From an uncultured Mycoplasma sp. (GTDB lineage Bacteria > Bacillota_I > Bacilli_A > RF39 > UBA660): a stretch of 64,000 bases of DNA. Positions 19,556-32,560 of this stretch are shown here, piece by piece; position 1 is the stretch's first letter; every line of letters starts with the position of its first letter. Location: contig CAMNSE010000006.1 in the NCBI GenBank assembly GCA_946554525.1, positions 7,435 to 71,434 on the forward strand. The letters are read 5' to 3'. The notes beneath the pieces were generated by a model that had not been told where the DNA came from, did no database searches, and saw nothing but the letters and a program-made list of their open reading frames with translations. The translations under genes and the position numbers were made by a program.

Positions 19556-20557
19556 ATGGGAGAAAGACAAAAAGAACTATTAAAAGAGATAGTAGAGAGC
19601 TACATTGAAGAAGCAAAGCCAATTGGATCAAAACACTTATGTGATAAATTTAATTGTTCTAGCGCAACTATTAGAAATGAAATGGCAGTCCTAGAAGAGC
19701 TAGGATATATTGAAAAGAATCATATATCAAGTGGAAGAGTCCCAAGTGAAAAAGGCTATAAATATTATGTTGAAAATTTAATGAAGCCAAAAGAATTAAG
19801 AAAAGGTGAATTAACAAAATTAGAAAAAGTATTTTCTAATACTTCGCTAACTATAAGCGATGCAATAGAAGCTTGCTTAGAGATTATCAGTGATATAACA
19901 AATTATACAAGTATATCGCTTGGAGAATATTGTAATGAAAACACTTTAAAACAAATTTCTATTATTCCCTTAGACGAAAATAAAATTGTTGCTTTAGTTT
20001 GTACAGATAAAGGAATTGTACGTAACAAACAATTTACGCTTGTTAGTGGTATAAATATTTTAGAAGTTGTTAAAGTAAGCGAAATGATTAATAAAATGTT
20101 AATAGGCACTCCTATTTCTTTAATATCACATCGTCTTGAAGCAGATATAAAACCAATTATTTCAAGGCAAATTGAACAATATGAAACCATTTATGGCATA
20201 TTCTATGAAGCATTTAATGATTTTGTATCAAATAAAGAAAATATTCATGTTGTGGGCAAATCAAAAATGTTAGAACAACCAGAATATAGTGATACAAACG
20301 AAATTAAAAGATTAATTGCCAAACTTGAAGATGACGAACAAGTAAGAAAAATTGTTAAAAACGATAATGACAACATAAGTATTTATATTGGAAGTGAATC
20401 CGAATTTGACGATAATGTAACAGTAATCAAAACGAATTATAGTGCAGATGGTGTTGAAGGAACAATTGCAATTATAGGGCCTAAGAGAATGGAATATGAT
20501 CGTGTTGTAGGAGTATTAAACATATTAAATAAATGGTTGGAAGAAAAAGGTGAATGA
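19556..20557 (+). CDS. hrcA: heat-inducible transcription repressor HrcA
   Basis: MGERQKELLKEIVESYIEEAKPIGSK...; wHTH followed by an HrcA C-terminal domain. Confidence 0.9.
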   Translation: MGERQKELLKEIVESYIEEAKPIGSKHLCDKFNCSSATIRNEMAVLEELGYIEKNHISSGRVPSEKGYKYYVENLMKPKELRKGELTKLEKVFSNTSLTISDAIEACLEIISDITNYTSISLGEYCNENTLKQISIIPLDENKIVALVCTDKGIVRNKQFTLVSGINILEVVKVSEMINKMLIGTPISLISHRLEADIKPIISRQIEQYETIYGIFYEAFNDFVSNKENIHVVGKSKMLEQPEYSDTNEIKRLIAKLEDDEQVRKIVKNDNDNISIYIGSESEFDDNVTVIKTNYSADGVEGTIAIIGPKRMEYDRVVGVLNILNKWLEEKGE

Positions 20558-22949
<2,392 letters not shown>

Positions 22950-22951
22950 AA

Positions 22952-22980
22952 AAGTTCTAGAATGTCTAGAACTTTCTCTT
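22952..22980 (+). terminator. hairpin with a weak T-tract after dnaK (partial terminator or attenuator)
   Basis: aagttctag-aatg-tctagaactt followed by tctctt. Confidence 0.5.
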
Positions 22981-22997
22981 GATTGAAAGGGAAAATT

Positions 22998-24800
22998 ATG
23001 GATTACAATTACAAAAATAGAGATGAAGTGCCAGTAAAGTATCGCTGGGACTTAACTAAACGCTTTAAAACAGATGAAGATTGGTATAAAGAGCTAGAAG
23101 AAGTAAAAAAACATTTAGATGATTTAACAAAATATAAAGGAGTAGTTTTAGAAGGCGATAACTTGTATCATCTTTTAAATGCCTATTACCCTTATGTAAA
23201 TAAAATGGAATCTCTTTATGCTTATGCTCACTTAAAAAATGATGAAGACTTAAGTGTAAGTAAATATAGCAAAATGGTTCAGGAAATATTAAGTATTTTT
23301 GCCGAATTTAATAATAAAATGTCATTTTTAATGCCTGAGATTTTACAAAGTAAAACTTTTGATATTAATGATATGATTAAAAAAACACCAAAGTTGGAAA
23401 GATATAGACATATTTTAGAAGAAATGGCTTTAGAAAAACAATATGTTAAGAGCGAAAAAGAAGAAAAATTAATCAGTATTCTTACTAAAGACATGAATAA
23501 TTATGAAGATTTAGCAAGTACTCTTTTAAGCTCAAGCATTAATTATGGAACTATAAAAGATGAGAATGGTAATGAAGTAGAACTAAATACTAGCAACTAT
23601 GGTAAATATGCTATGAGTGGCAATCGAGAAGTTAGAAAAAATGCATATGAAACTATGAATAAGAGTAGAGCACAATTTTCAAATATTTTAGGTAAAAATC
23701 TAATTTCTTATATGGAAAGACATGCTAGTATAGCTAAAATTAGAGGTTACAAATCAACTAAAGAAATGGATTTTAAAAAAGATTTTGTTCCAATGGAAGT
23801 TCATGACGCTTTATTAAAAAATATAAAAAGAGGTCTTCCATTATTTCAAGAGTTTTATAAAATATTTAAACATCTTTTAAACGTCTCTGAATTAAATATT
23901 TATGATTTAAATGCACCCATAGAAAAAGATGACAAAAAATATACTGTAGAAGAGGCTCAAGACTACGTTTATAATGCAACAAAAATTTTAGGTGAAGATT
24001 ACTCTAAAATAGTAAAACAAGGCTTTGAGGAACGTTGGATTGATTATATGCCATATAAAGGAAAACAAATAGGTGGATATTGTTCTAGTACATATGGTAA
24101 TACCTCAAATATATTAATAAGTTTTAATGGTATATTTGACAATATTTCTACAATTGCCCATGAAATGGGACATGCTGTATGCTCTGAATATTGTTTTAAA
24201 AATAATGATATAGAGTATAGTGGTTACACTCTATATACTGCGGAAATTGCTTCTTTATCAAACGAAATCTATTTAACAGACTATGTTTTAAAAAATGATT
24301 TTTCTAAAGAAGAAAAAATTTCAGTCTTAATTGAGATGCTAAGAACTATTAATGGAAATTTCTTTGCTGCAGTAATGGAAAATGAGTTAGAAAATATTGT
24401 TTATGAAAAAATTGATAATGATGAATCCTTAACTCCAGAAGATTTAAACAAAATTATGGATGAATTACATAATAAATATTATGGAGATATAGTAGTACAT
24501 AATGATTATACAAAATACATGTGGACTAAACGTTCTCACTATTTTATTCCGTGGTATTTATATAAATATGCAACTAGCATTTGTGGTGCGGCTTATTTTT
24601 CTTCCAAAATATTAAAGGGAGATAAAGAAGCATTAACTAAATATAAAGATTTCTTAAAATGTGGTTTAGACAAATTTCCAAACGATATTTTATTAGAAAA
24701 TGGAATAGATTTGACTAAACCAGAGATATATGATGAGTTATTTGCTTATTATAGATCTTTATTAGATAAATTAAAAGAATTAACAGAATTAGGTGAATAA
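22998..24800 (+). CDS. pepF: oligoendopeptidase F (M3B family)
   Basis: HEMGH zinc motif (IAHEMGHAV) and M3B architecture; ~600 aa. Confidence 0.8.
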   Translation: MDYNYKNRDEVPVKYRWDLTKRFKTDEDWYKELEEVKKHLDDLTKYKGVVLEGDNLYHLLNAYYPYVNKMESLYAYAHLKNDEDLSVSKYSKMVQEILSIFAEFNNKMSFLMPEILQSKTFDINDMIKKTPKLERYRHILEEMALEKQYVKSEKEEKLISILTKDMNNYEDLASTLLSSSINYGTIKDENGNEVELNTSNYGKYAMSGNREVRKNAYETMNKSRAQFSNILGKNLISYMERHASIAKIRGYKSTKEMDFKKDFVPMEVHDALLKNIKRGLPLFQEFYKIFKHLLNVSELNIYDLNAPIEKDDKKYTVEEAQDYVYNATKILGEDYSKIVKQGFEERWIDYMPYKGKQIGGYCSSTYGNTSNILISFNGIFDNISTIAHEMGHAVCSEYCFKNNDIEYSGYTLYTAEIASLSNEIYLTDYVLKNDFSKEEKISVLIEMLRTINGNFFAAVMENELENIVYEKIDNDESLTPEDLNKIMDELHNKYYGDIVVHNDYTKYMWTKRSHYFIPWYLYKYATSICGAAYFSSKILKGDKEALTKYKDFLKCGLDKFPNDILLENGIDLTKPEIYDELFAYYRSLLDKLKELTELGE

Positions 24801-24801
24801 T

Positions 24802-25929
24802 ATGGATAAAAAAGATTATTACGATATTTTAGGAGTATCTAAAACAGCGACTGATGAAGAAATAAAAAGAGCATTTCGTCGCCTAGCTAAAACTTATCAT
24901 CCTGATAACAAGCAAACTGGTGATGAAGCAAAGTTTAAAGAAGTAGGCGAAGCGTATGCTATTTTATCTGATACCCAAAAAAGAAGACAATATGATCAAT
25001 TTGGACATGCAGCATTTACCAATAATGGAGGGGCAAATTATAGCGGCTTTAGTGCTGAAGATATCGATTTAAATGATATCATTAATGAGTTCTTTGGGGG
25101 AGGCTTTTCAGGCTTTAGTAGTGGATTTTCTAACTTTGGAGGAAGAGCATCTACTAATTCTAAAAGATCCCGAAAAGGTACGGATAGCTTAATAAATATT
25201 AATTTAACTTTTGAAGAGGCAGTATTTGGTTGTAAGAAGACTATAACTCTTGATCTAAATGAAAAATGTGATAAATGTGATGGTGCTGGCGGCTTTCATG
25301 AGACTACGTGTACTACATGTAATGGAACTGGAAGAATAGTTAGTGAACAACGATCTTTATTCGGAGTATTCCAAACTCAAACAGCTTGCCATGAATGTGA
25401 TGGTACAGGCAAAACATTTAAAGAAATCTGTTCAAAATGTAATGGAACAGGTCATGTGAAAGAGAAAAAAGATATTGAAGTGACAATACCAGAAGGTGTT
25501 GACACAGGTTACCAATTACGCATTAGTGGTAGAGGAAATGCTGGTGTTAACGGTGGACCTAATGGAGATATTTATTTAGAATTTAAAGTTCGTCCTCATG
25601 AATTATTTGAACGCGAGGAAGAAGATATTTTCTTAAATGTTCCCCTAACTATTACCGAGGCTATTTTGGGTTGCAAAAAAGAAGTTCCTACTCTAACTGG
25701 TAATGTAATTTTAGAAGTTAAAGCCGGAACACAATCTGGCGATCGTGTAAAACTAAAAGGAAAGGGTATAAAAAAAGTAAATGCCCTAGGAAAAGGAAAT
25801 ATGTATGTAACTTATGAAGTAATTGTACCAACAAAACTAAACAAGGAGCAAAAGAAATTAATAAAGGAATTATCTGAAACATCACTAGATGATGAAGGAG
25901 CATTTAAAAATTTTAAAAAATTTTTATAG
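24802..25929 (+). CDS. dnaJ: molecular chaperone DnaJ
   Basis: J-domain DYYDILGV...HPD, Gly/Phe-rich region, four CxxCxGxG zinc repeats. Confidence 0.9.
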   Translation: MDKKDYYDILGVSKTATDEEIKRAFRRLAKTYHPDNKQTGDEAKFKEVGEAYAILSDTQKRRQYDQFGHAAFTNNGGANYSGFSAEDIDLNDIINEFFGGGFSGFSSGFSNFGGRASTNSKRSRKGTDSLININLTFEEAVFGCKKTITLDLNEKCDKCDGAGGFHETTCTTCNGTGRIVSEQRSLFGVFQTQTACHECDGTGKTFKEICSKCNGTGHVKEKKDIEVTIPEGVDTGYQLRISGRGNAGVNGGPNGDIYLEFKVRPHELFEREEEDIFLNVPLTITEAILGCKKEVPTLTGNVILEVKAGTQSGDRVKLKGKGIKKVNALGKGNMYVTYEVIVPTKLNKEQKKLIKELSETSLDDEGAFKNFKKFL

Positions 25930-25952
25930 ACATCAAATTGATGTCTTTTTTT
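25929..25952 (+). terminator. intrinsic terminator after dnaJ
   Basis: agacatc-aaatt-gatgtct hairpin followed by TTTTTTT. Confidence 0.75.
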
Positions 25953-25972
25953 AAAGTATAATAAATATTAAA

Positions 25973-26001
25973 TTGACAACTAAAAAAATGATGTGTATAC
26001 T
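25973..26001 (+). promoter_or_regulatory. sigma-A-type promoter (-35 TTGACA, 17-nt spacer, -10 TATACT)
   Basis: Read from the sequence; ~20 nt upstream of the RBS of the 26022 ORF. Confidence 0.55.
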
Positions 26002-26021
26002 AAAAATAGGAGAGTGCTAAA

Positions 26022-27257
26022 ATGAGGGTTCGATATAAAAGAAGTTTAACATTCATAGCATTTTTAATTGCTATATGTGGAATAATAGGTATAGCTTATC
26101 TTTTTTATGATAAAGTATTATCAAATGATACAATTGTAATGGTAGATAATGAGCTATCCACTAATTATATGAATGGATATAAAATAAGTGCAAATGGTGA
26201 ATATAAATTTTCTGTAACAAATAATGGAGATAAAGATATATATTATAATGTCTTAATAAATAATATAAAAGGTTTAGATAATAATTTAAAATATAGTATT
26301 ACATCAAGTGATTCAAATATGTCTATTCAAAATAAAAGTTTGGATACTGCTACTGATAATTTATTAAATAGTATTTTTATAAAATCAAAAGAAACTCAAA
26401 ACTTTACTATTATAATAGAAAACAATACAGCGACTACATTTGAATTAAATGTAAAGAAGACTAATGACAATGAAGAATATTTTTATGCAACAATCTTAAA
26501 AAATAATAAAGTATTAGATAATAGTATTACTAAAGCTGGAGATAATATTGCAGTAGAAAATGAAGGACTAATAGAAGATGTAGATGACGCAGGAGTAACT
26601 TATTATTTTAGAGGAAATGTATTAAATAATTATGTACTAATTGGAAGTGATTTATGGAGAATAATAAGAATAAATGGCGATGGAACTGTTAAATTAATAT
26701 TAAACGGAGTAGCAAGCGATTTAACAAATTATCATAGTGCACTAAAAGATGTAAATAGTTTTGAAGAATCAAATATATCAAAAGCCTTAACTACTTATTA
26801 TGAAACCAATTTAATGGATTATGATAATATCATTGCAAATAGTAAATTTTGTATTGAAAATGAAAAAAATGAAGCTAATGTATATAACTCATATACAAGG
26901 CTTGTAACTAATAAAATACCTACATTTAATTGTTTAGGAAAAAGCTATTCAAATAAAATTGGACTCATAACTCCCGATGAAGTAATATATGCTGGAGGAA
27001 GCCTAAATCTTGATAATACAAATTATTATTTATATAATAGCAAAATAGATAATTATTGGTGGACAATTGATATAGCAAGAATAACAAATAATGATTTTTA
27101 TCCCTTTGCGGTAAGCAAAGAAGGAAAGCTAGTACATAGCATTACGGGAATAGCAACAAGAGGATTAAGACCAGTTATTAATATAAATAAAAAAGTAATG
27201 GTAACAGGAGATGGAACTGAAACTAATCCATATGTTATTATAACTAATAGCAATTAA
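26022..27257 (+). CDS. membrane-anchored Asn/Tyr-rich extracellular protein (411 aa)
   Basis: N-terminal TM helix (LTFIAFLIAICGIIGIAYLFY), then a low-complexity N-rich domain; no family recognised. Confidence 0.5.
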   Translation: MRVRYKRSLTFIAFLIAICGIIGIAYLFYDKVLSNDTIVMVDNELSTNYMNGYKISANGEYKFSVTNNGDKDIYYNVLINNIKGLDNNLKYSITSSDSNMSIQNKSLDTATDNLLNSIFIKSKETQNFTIIIENNTATTFELNVKKTNDNEEYFYATILKNNKVLDNSITKAGDNIAVENEGLIEDVDDAGVTYYFRGNVLNNYVLIGSDLWRIIRINGDGTVKLILNGVASDLTNYHSALKDVNSFEESNISKALTTYYETNLMDYDNIIANSKFCIENEKNEANVYNSYTRLVTNKIPTFNCLGKSYSNKIGLITPDEVIYAGGSLNLDNTNYYLYNSKIDNYWWTIDIARITNNDFYPFAVSKEGKLVHSITGIATRGLRPVININKKVMVTGDGTETNPYVIITNSN

Positions 27258-27282
27258 GAACTTTATAAGTTCTTTTTTGTTG
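27258..27282 (+). terminator. intrinsic terminator
   Basis: agaactt-tat-aagttct hairpin followed by TTTTTgTT. Confidence 0.7.
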
Positions 27283-27307
27283 AAGAATATAAATAACTCT
27301 TGTTAAA

Positions 27308-27336
27308 TTGAATCTGACCAAAAACTGTAGTATAAT
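27308..27336 (+). promoter_or_regulatory. sigma-A-type promoter (-35 TTGAAT, 17-nt spacer, -10 TATAAT)
   Basis: Read from the sequence, upstream of the 27363 ORF. Confidence 0.5.
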
Positions 27337-27362
27337 AACTACTTAAAAAGAGGTGATTTATA

Positions 27363-28343
27363 TTGACAATAAATCAAATATTAGAAAAAGAAGGAGAATA
27401 TTATAAAGCGTTAAGGAAATATAAAAAAAATATTATAGGAAATAAAAATAATTACAATTTATTAGCAAGCACAATGGACGAAGTGTATAAGCTTATGCGA
27501 TCTATTGCTCCTATATTTTTTATTACTGAGGATTATTTAGATGCACGTGAATTTTATCATTCTCTAGTAGAAGAAGTAAAAAGTATAGAAAGCTACATTC
27601 CAGATAGCCACTTCATAATTGCTAGTGAACCAAATTTTATTTATCAAAAAGATAAACCAAAAAAGCCTAATTTAAGCGATTCTGAAGCATTATTAGATTG
27701 GATAGTTTATATGGCAAGAACAGAATATGCTTATACTAATTTTTGGACTAAAAAGACGTCCATTGATAATTTATCATTTGAAAATGAATGTGTAGATATG
27801 TCTAAAATAATTTTTTCAATTTGTTCTGCAAATGATATAAAATGCGTTATAAAAAGAATAAATCCAGGTTTTCTTGAAACAGCAATATTACATAATGGAA
27901 CAAATTTTCATGATATATGTGTTGTAACAATTAATGGTATGGAATATTTAGTAGATTGTACATATAGGCAGTTTTTTATGCTTAGAAATAATTCTTTAGA
28001 ACGTATAGGTATACCTTATTTATTTAGTACAAAGCCAGGCATATTTATGACTATATATGATAAACGATTATCTTTAGCGGCTAATTTGCTAAAAAGAGGC
28101 TGGGTTCCCTTTTCCAAAGATAATATAAAAAATTATTTTGATGGTTTTGCTCTATCTTTTAGAAATGGATTATATTATGATGAAACAGGAGATTACAGCT
28201 TTACTACTAATTATAGTAGCGAAGACTACGTCAATTTTTTAAATGGTACTGACAATCAGGTGAAACATGAAGGAGAAGAAGTTCTTCAAAAGCAGCTTGT
28301 ACTTTCTAAATATAGTGCAGAAAACCAAATAGGATACAGATAA
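27363..28343 (+). CDS. transglutaminase-like (papain-fold) domain protein; TTG start
   Basis: Candidate Cys...His...Asp triad: CVDMSKIIFSICSANDIKC ... FHDICVV ... YLVDCT; RBS agaggtga 7 nt upstream. Confidence 0.45.
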   Translation: MTINQILEKEGEYYKALRKYKKNIIGNKNNYNLLASTMDEVYKLMRSIAPIFFITEDYLDAREFYHSLVEEVKSIESYIPDSHFIIASEPNFIYQKDKPKKPNLSDSEALLDWIVYMARTEYAYTNFWTKKTSIDNLSFENECVDMSKIIFSICSANDIKCVIKRINPGFLETAILHNGTNFHDICVVTINGMEYLVDCTYRQFFMLRNNSLERIGIPYLFSTKPGIFMTIYDKRLSLAANLLKRGWVPFSKDNIKNYFDGFALSFRNGLYYDETGDYSFTTNYSSEDYVNFLNGTDNQVKHEGEEVLQKQLVLSKYSAENQIGYR

Positions 28344-28467
28344 CTCTAAATGATTATAGATCTATTGATCATCCATATGATTTATCTATGTAAAGAAAAC
28401 GAAAATATAATGTAAAGACTTGAATAGTACTTTATTATTTTCTTTTTTTTTGGTAAAATAGATATGT

Positions 28468-29001
28468 GTGGTGATAAATATGCAAATATTTATAGATGTA
28501 ATTGAATTTATAAAAACATTATCATTAGTTGATATAGCATTCTTTTTTGCTGTAGTTGTTCTTATGCTTCTTATTATTACATTAATATATTTTATTAAAG
28601 AGAATAATGAAGAAGATATTGAGATTAAAGATATTGTAGCAAATCCAAATATAAGTCCAGTGACTGAAGAAAATGATGCGATAATTGATTTAAAAGAAAT
28701 TACAAAAGCATTAGAAAATGCAGAATCACCAGCTATAAATTTAAACAGTTATGAAGAAGAACAAGAAGAAAAAGCAATTATAAGTTATGAAGAATTATTA
28801 AAAAGAAAAAATGATTTTGCTATAAATTATAGTGAAGAAGAATCTATTGATGAAGATTTAAGCATTAAAAAAGTAGATTTAGGAAATTTAGTTAACAAAG
28901 ATGTAAGTCAAAAATCAGATATTAAAGTAATGGTTATTTCTTATGAAAAAGAAGAAGCTTTTTTAGAGGCTCTAAAAACTTTACAACAAAAGCTAAATTA
29001 A
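28468..29001 (+). CDS. membrane-anchored acidic protein (177 aa)
   Basis: N-terminal TM helix, Glu/Asp-rich tail; no recognised family. Confidence 0.45.
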   Translation: MVINMQIFIDVIEFIKTLSLVDIAFFFAVVVLMLLIITLIYFIKENNEEDIEIKDIVANPNISPVTEENDAIIDLKEITKALENAESPAINLNSYEEEQEEKAIISYEELLKRKNDFAINYSEEESIDEDLSIKKVDLGNLVNKDVSQKSDIKVMVISYEKEEAFLEALKTLQQKLN

Positions 29002-29023
29002 TTAAATAAAGGGGGATTTATTT

Positions 29024-30319
29024 ATGAAATTTAATATCATTACACTTGGATGTAAAGTAAATAGTTATGAATCAGAAGTTATGCATGAATTATTATTAAA
29101 AAATGGATATATCTATACTCCAGAAGATGCCAATATTTATATAATTAATACTTGTAGTGTTACGAATCAGGCTGATAGTAAATCTTTAAAAATTCTTAGA
29201 CGAATTAAAAGAGAGCACCCTGATTCTATTTTAGTTGTTTGTGGATGTAGCACACAAAATAATCAAAAAAAATACATGGAGTTAGGAGTTAATATTCTAT
29301 TAGGTAACTCTGGAAAATCTAACATAGTAAATTTAATTGAAACCTATAAAAAAACAAATAAGAACTACACATATTTTACAAATGAAAGAAAGCTTTCATT
29401 TGAAGATATGAGGATAAATAAATTTACTAGTCATACTAGAGCATTCTTAAAAATAGAAGATGGATGCGATAATTTTTGTTCTTATTGCATTATTCCTTAT
29501 ACAAGAGGTTCTCAAAGAAGTAAAGATTTTAATAAAACTATAGAAGAAGCACAAAAACTTGTACAAAGTGGCCATCAAGAGATTGTATTAACAGGAATTC
29601 ATACCGGCTCATATAATTCAGATAATCATGATTTAAGTGATTTAATCATGGAATTAAGTGAAATTAAAAATTTAAAAAGAATCAGAGTATCTAGTATTGA
29701 GATTACTGAATTAAATGATAAATTTATGAATGTTTTAAAAAACTGTAATAAATTATGTGACCACCTTCATATACCTATCCAAAGCGGAAGTGAAGAAGTG
29801 TTAAAAAGAATGAATAGAAAGTATGATAAAGAATACTTTAAAAATAAAATAAAAGAAATTAGGGATATTAGACCTAATATTTCGATTACAACAGACTGCA
29901 TAGTTGGGCATCCTTATGAAACAGAAGAATGCTTTACAGAATGTATGAATTTTTGCAAAGAATTAAATTTTAGTAAAATACATGTATTTCCTTATTCAAT
30001 TAGAAGCGGCACAGCTGCAAGTCGTATGCCCCAAATTGAGGGTGGAATAAAGAAGAGAAGAGCAAGAGAATTAATTGAATTATCAAATACGTTAGAGAAA
30101 AGCTATAGTGAAAGCTTTTTAAATAAAGAAGTAGAAGTATTAACCGAAGAGACATATAATGGAAATACTGTTGGGCATACATCAAATTATTTAAAAGTAA
30201 TTTTAAAAGGAGATTATAAATTAAATACGAGTTATTTATGTAAAATTGCTAAGATAGATGGCTTAAATATATATGGAGAAGTAATTACTTGTTTAAATGA
30301 AGAAAAAATAGTTATTTAA
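29024..30319 (+). CDS. mtaB: tRNA methylthiotransferase, MiaB-like radical SAM enzyme (MtaB-type)
   Basis: MKFNIITLGCKVNSYESE (MTTase N-terminus), CDNFCSYC radical-SAM cluster motif, TRAM domain; size fits MtaB. Confidence 0.8.
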   Translation: MKFNIITLGCKVNSYESEVMHELLLKNGYIYTPEDANIYIINTCSVTNQADSKSLKILRRIKREHPDSILVVCGCSTQNNQKKYMELGVNILLGNSGKSNIVNLIETYKKTNKNYTYFTNERKLSFEDMRINKFTSHTRAFLKIEDGCDNFCSYCIIPYTRGSQRSKDFNKTIEEAQKLVQSGHQEIVLTGIHTGSYNSDNHDLSDLIMELSEIKNLKRIRVSSIEITELNDKFMNVLKNCNKLCDHLHIPIQSGSEEVLKRMNRKYDKEYFKNKIKEIRDIRPNISITTDCIVGHPYETEECFTECMNFCKELNFSKIHVFPYSIRSGTAASRMPQIEGGIKKRRARELIELSNTLEKSYSESFLNKEVEVLTEETYNGNTVGHTSNYLKVILKGDYKLNTSYLCKIAKIDGLNIYGEVITCLNEEKIVI

Positions 30320-30332
30320 AAATGGAGGGCTC

Positions 30333-32555
30333 ATGAATTACATCAAAGGAAAGATTCGAAATACAATATATCATAATGAAGAAAATGGCTATGTAGTAGC
30401 TATTTTTCGCGTTAAAGAAACCAATGATGTGGATCTAGAAGATTATGTCGGGAAAACTATTACGATAACCGGTAATTTTATGGATGTTAATACGGAAGAA
30501 AACTTTATTTTATATGGTAGTCTTCTAAAACACGAACGTTTTGGGTTACAATATAAAGTAGATAGTTATAAAAAAGAAGAATTGACAAGTGAAGATGCAG
30601 TTATTGAATTTTTATCTAGTTCTCTTGTAAAAGGATGTGGAGAGAAAACCGCAAAGAAAATAGTAGAAATCCTTGGTATAGACGCTATAGCAAAGATTAA
30701 AGAAGACATCCGTGTGTTAGATACTATTCCTAATCTATCAGAATCAAAAAGAAAAACTATTTATGACTCTTTAATAGCTACCACTCTTGCGGATGATTGC
30801 CTTTTAAAATTAACTGAGCTTGGTTTTTCTATTCATGACGCAACAAATATATATAATAAATATAAAGAAACTACTAAATATATTATTGATGGAAATTTAT
30901 ATCTTTTAAGTGAAATTTTAGATTTTAATAAAATAGATGTTATTTATAAAAAGAGTCATGATGAATATGATAATATAAGATTAAAAGCTTGTATGGTAGA
31001 GGCTATGAGGCGCATAAGTAATTCTTCTGGAGATACATATTATTATGCGGATGAAATTAAAGATGCTTTAAAAAGAGAATTTAACTTAATATTAGAAGAA
31101 ATGGCTTTTGATAGTATTATATATGAGTTAGAAGAAGAAAATTTAGTAATAGTTGAAAAAGAAATATATTATTTAACAGAGTACTATGAAGCTGAGGAAG
31201 ATATAGTAGATTGCTTATATAGTTTAAATAATAATAATGAATTAATTGGCTTTGATTTTGATCATGAAATAGATATATTAGAGAGTGAAATAGGAGTATC
31301 CTATAACGAAGACCAAAGATTTGCTATAAAAAAAGCTTTAGAAAATAAAATAACAATTATTTCTGGAGGCCCTGGGACAGGTAAAACAACAATAATTAAT
31401 GCAATAGTTAAATTATATAGCAAAATGCACAAATTAAATTATATGGAAGTATTATCGGAAATAGCACTACTTGCACCTACTGGAAGAGCAAGTAAAAAAA
31501 TGAGCATGTCAACAGGACTCCCAGCTAAGACTATTCATAGATTTTTAAAATGGAATAAAGATACAGATAGTTTTTCAATAAATGAATTTCATAAAACAAA
31601 TGAAAATTTAGTCATAGTAGATGAAATGAGTATGATAGATATTAATTTATTTGATGCTTTATTAAAAGGTATTAGAAATAAAGTACAGTTAATCTTAGTT
31701 GGCGATACCTTTCAACTTCCATCTGTAGGGCCAGGTCTAATCTTAAATGATTTGATTGAGAGTGATTTATTTACGTTCTGTCCTTTAGAAAAAATTTATC
31801 GTCAAAGCGAGAATTCTTATATCCCATATCTAGCGCTTGAAATAAAGAAAAAAGATTTATCTGATGATTTTCGAGTTAAAAAAGATGACTATAATTTTTT
31901 AGAAACTGATAGTGTTAATATTAAAGAAATGATTAGAAAAATATGTTTAATGAGCAAAGAAAAGGGATTAAATGAAAATGATATTCAAATACTTGCGCCA
32001 ATGTATAAAGGAGAAAATGGTATTGATAACTTAAACTTATTATTACAAGATTTATTTAATCCTTATTATGAAGATAAAAAAGAAATTCGAATAGGTGAGG
32101 TAATATACCGCGAAAATGATAAAGTATTACAGCTTCAAAATAATCCTGATTGTAATGTATTTAACGGTGATATTGGCTACATAAGAAAAATAACAAAAAA
32201 GCTAGGTAAAAATAAGGATACAATTATTATTGATTTTGATGGTAATAAAGTTGAATATTCTAAAGAAGACATGTATCAAGTAAAGCATGCCTATGCTATT
32301 ACTGTACATAAAAGTCAAGGTAGTGAATTTTCTCATGTTATTTTGCCGATATCTAGAGGGTATTATAAAATGCTTTATAATAAGCTAATTTATACAGCAG
32401 TATCTAGAGCAAAAAAAAGTTTGGTAATTATTGGCGAGTCTAAAAGCTTTATGATGGGAATTTATAATGATTACGCTAGTACTAGAAAAACCATGCTAAA
32501 AGAAAAGTTAATGAATAGATTTTTAAATGAGAGCCATAATAATACTGAGGTGTAA
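30333..32555 (+). CDS. recD2: ATP-dependent RecD-like DNA helicase (RecD2/YrrC)
   Basis: N-terminal HhH/OB region; Walker A GGPGTGKTT; DEMSMID; helicase C-terminal motifs. Confidence 0.9.
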   Translation: MNYIKGKIRNTIYHNEENGYVVAIFRVKETNDVDLEDYVGKTITITGNFMDVNTEENFILYGSLLKHERFGLQYKVDSYKKEELTSEDAVIEFLSSSLVKGCGEKTAKKIVEILGIDAIAKIKEDIRVLDTIPNLSESKRKTIYDSLIATTLADDCLLKLTELGFSIHDATNIYNKYKETTKYIIDGNLYLLSEILDFNKIDVIYKKSHDEYDNIRLKACMVEAMRRISNSSGDTYYYADEIKDALKREFNLILEEMAFDSIIYELEEENLVIVEKEIYYLTEYYEAEEDIVDCLYSLNNNNELIGFDFDHEIDILESEIGVSYNEDQRFAIKKALENKITIISGGPGTGKTTIINAIVKLYSKMHKLNYMEVLSEIALLAPTGRASKKMSMSTGLPAKTIHRFLKWNKDTDSFSINEFHKTNENLVIVDEMSMIDINLFDALLKGIRNKVQLILVGDTFQLPSVGPGLILNDLIESDLFTFCPLEKIYRQSENSYIPYLALEIKKKDLSDDFRVKKDDYNFLETDSVNIKEMIRKICLMSKEKGLNENDIQILAPMYKGENGIDNLNLLLQDLFNPYYEDKKEIRIGEVIYRENDKVLQLQNNPDCNVFNGDIGYIRKITKKLGKNKDTIIIDFDGNKVEYSKEDMYQVKHAYAITVHKSQGSEFSHVILPISRGYYKMLYNKLIYTAVSRAKKSLVIIGESKSFMMGIYNDYASTRKTMLKEKLMNRFLNESHNNTEV

Positions 32556-32560
32556 ATATA

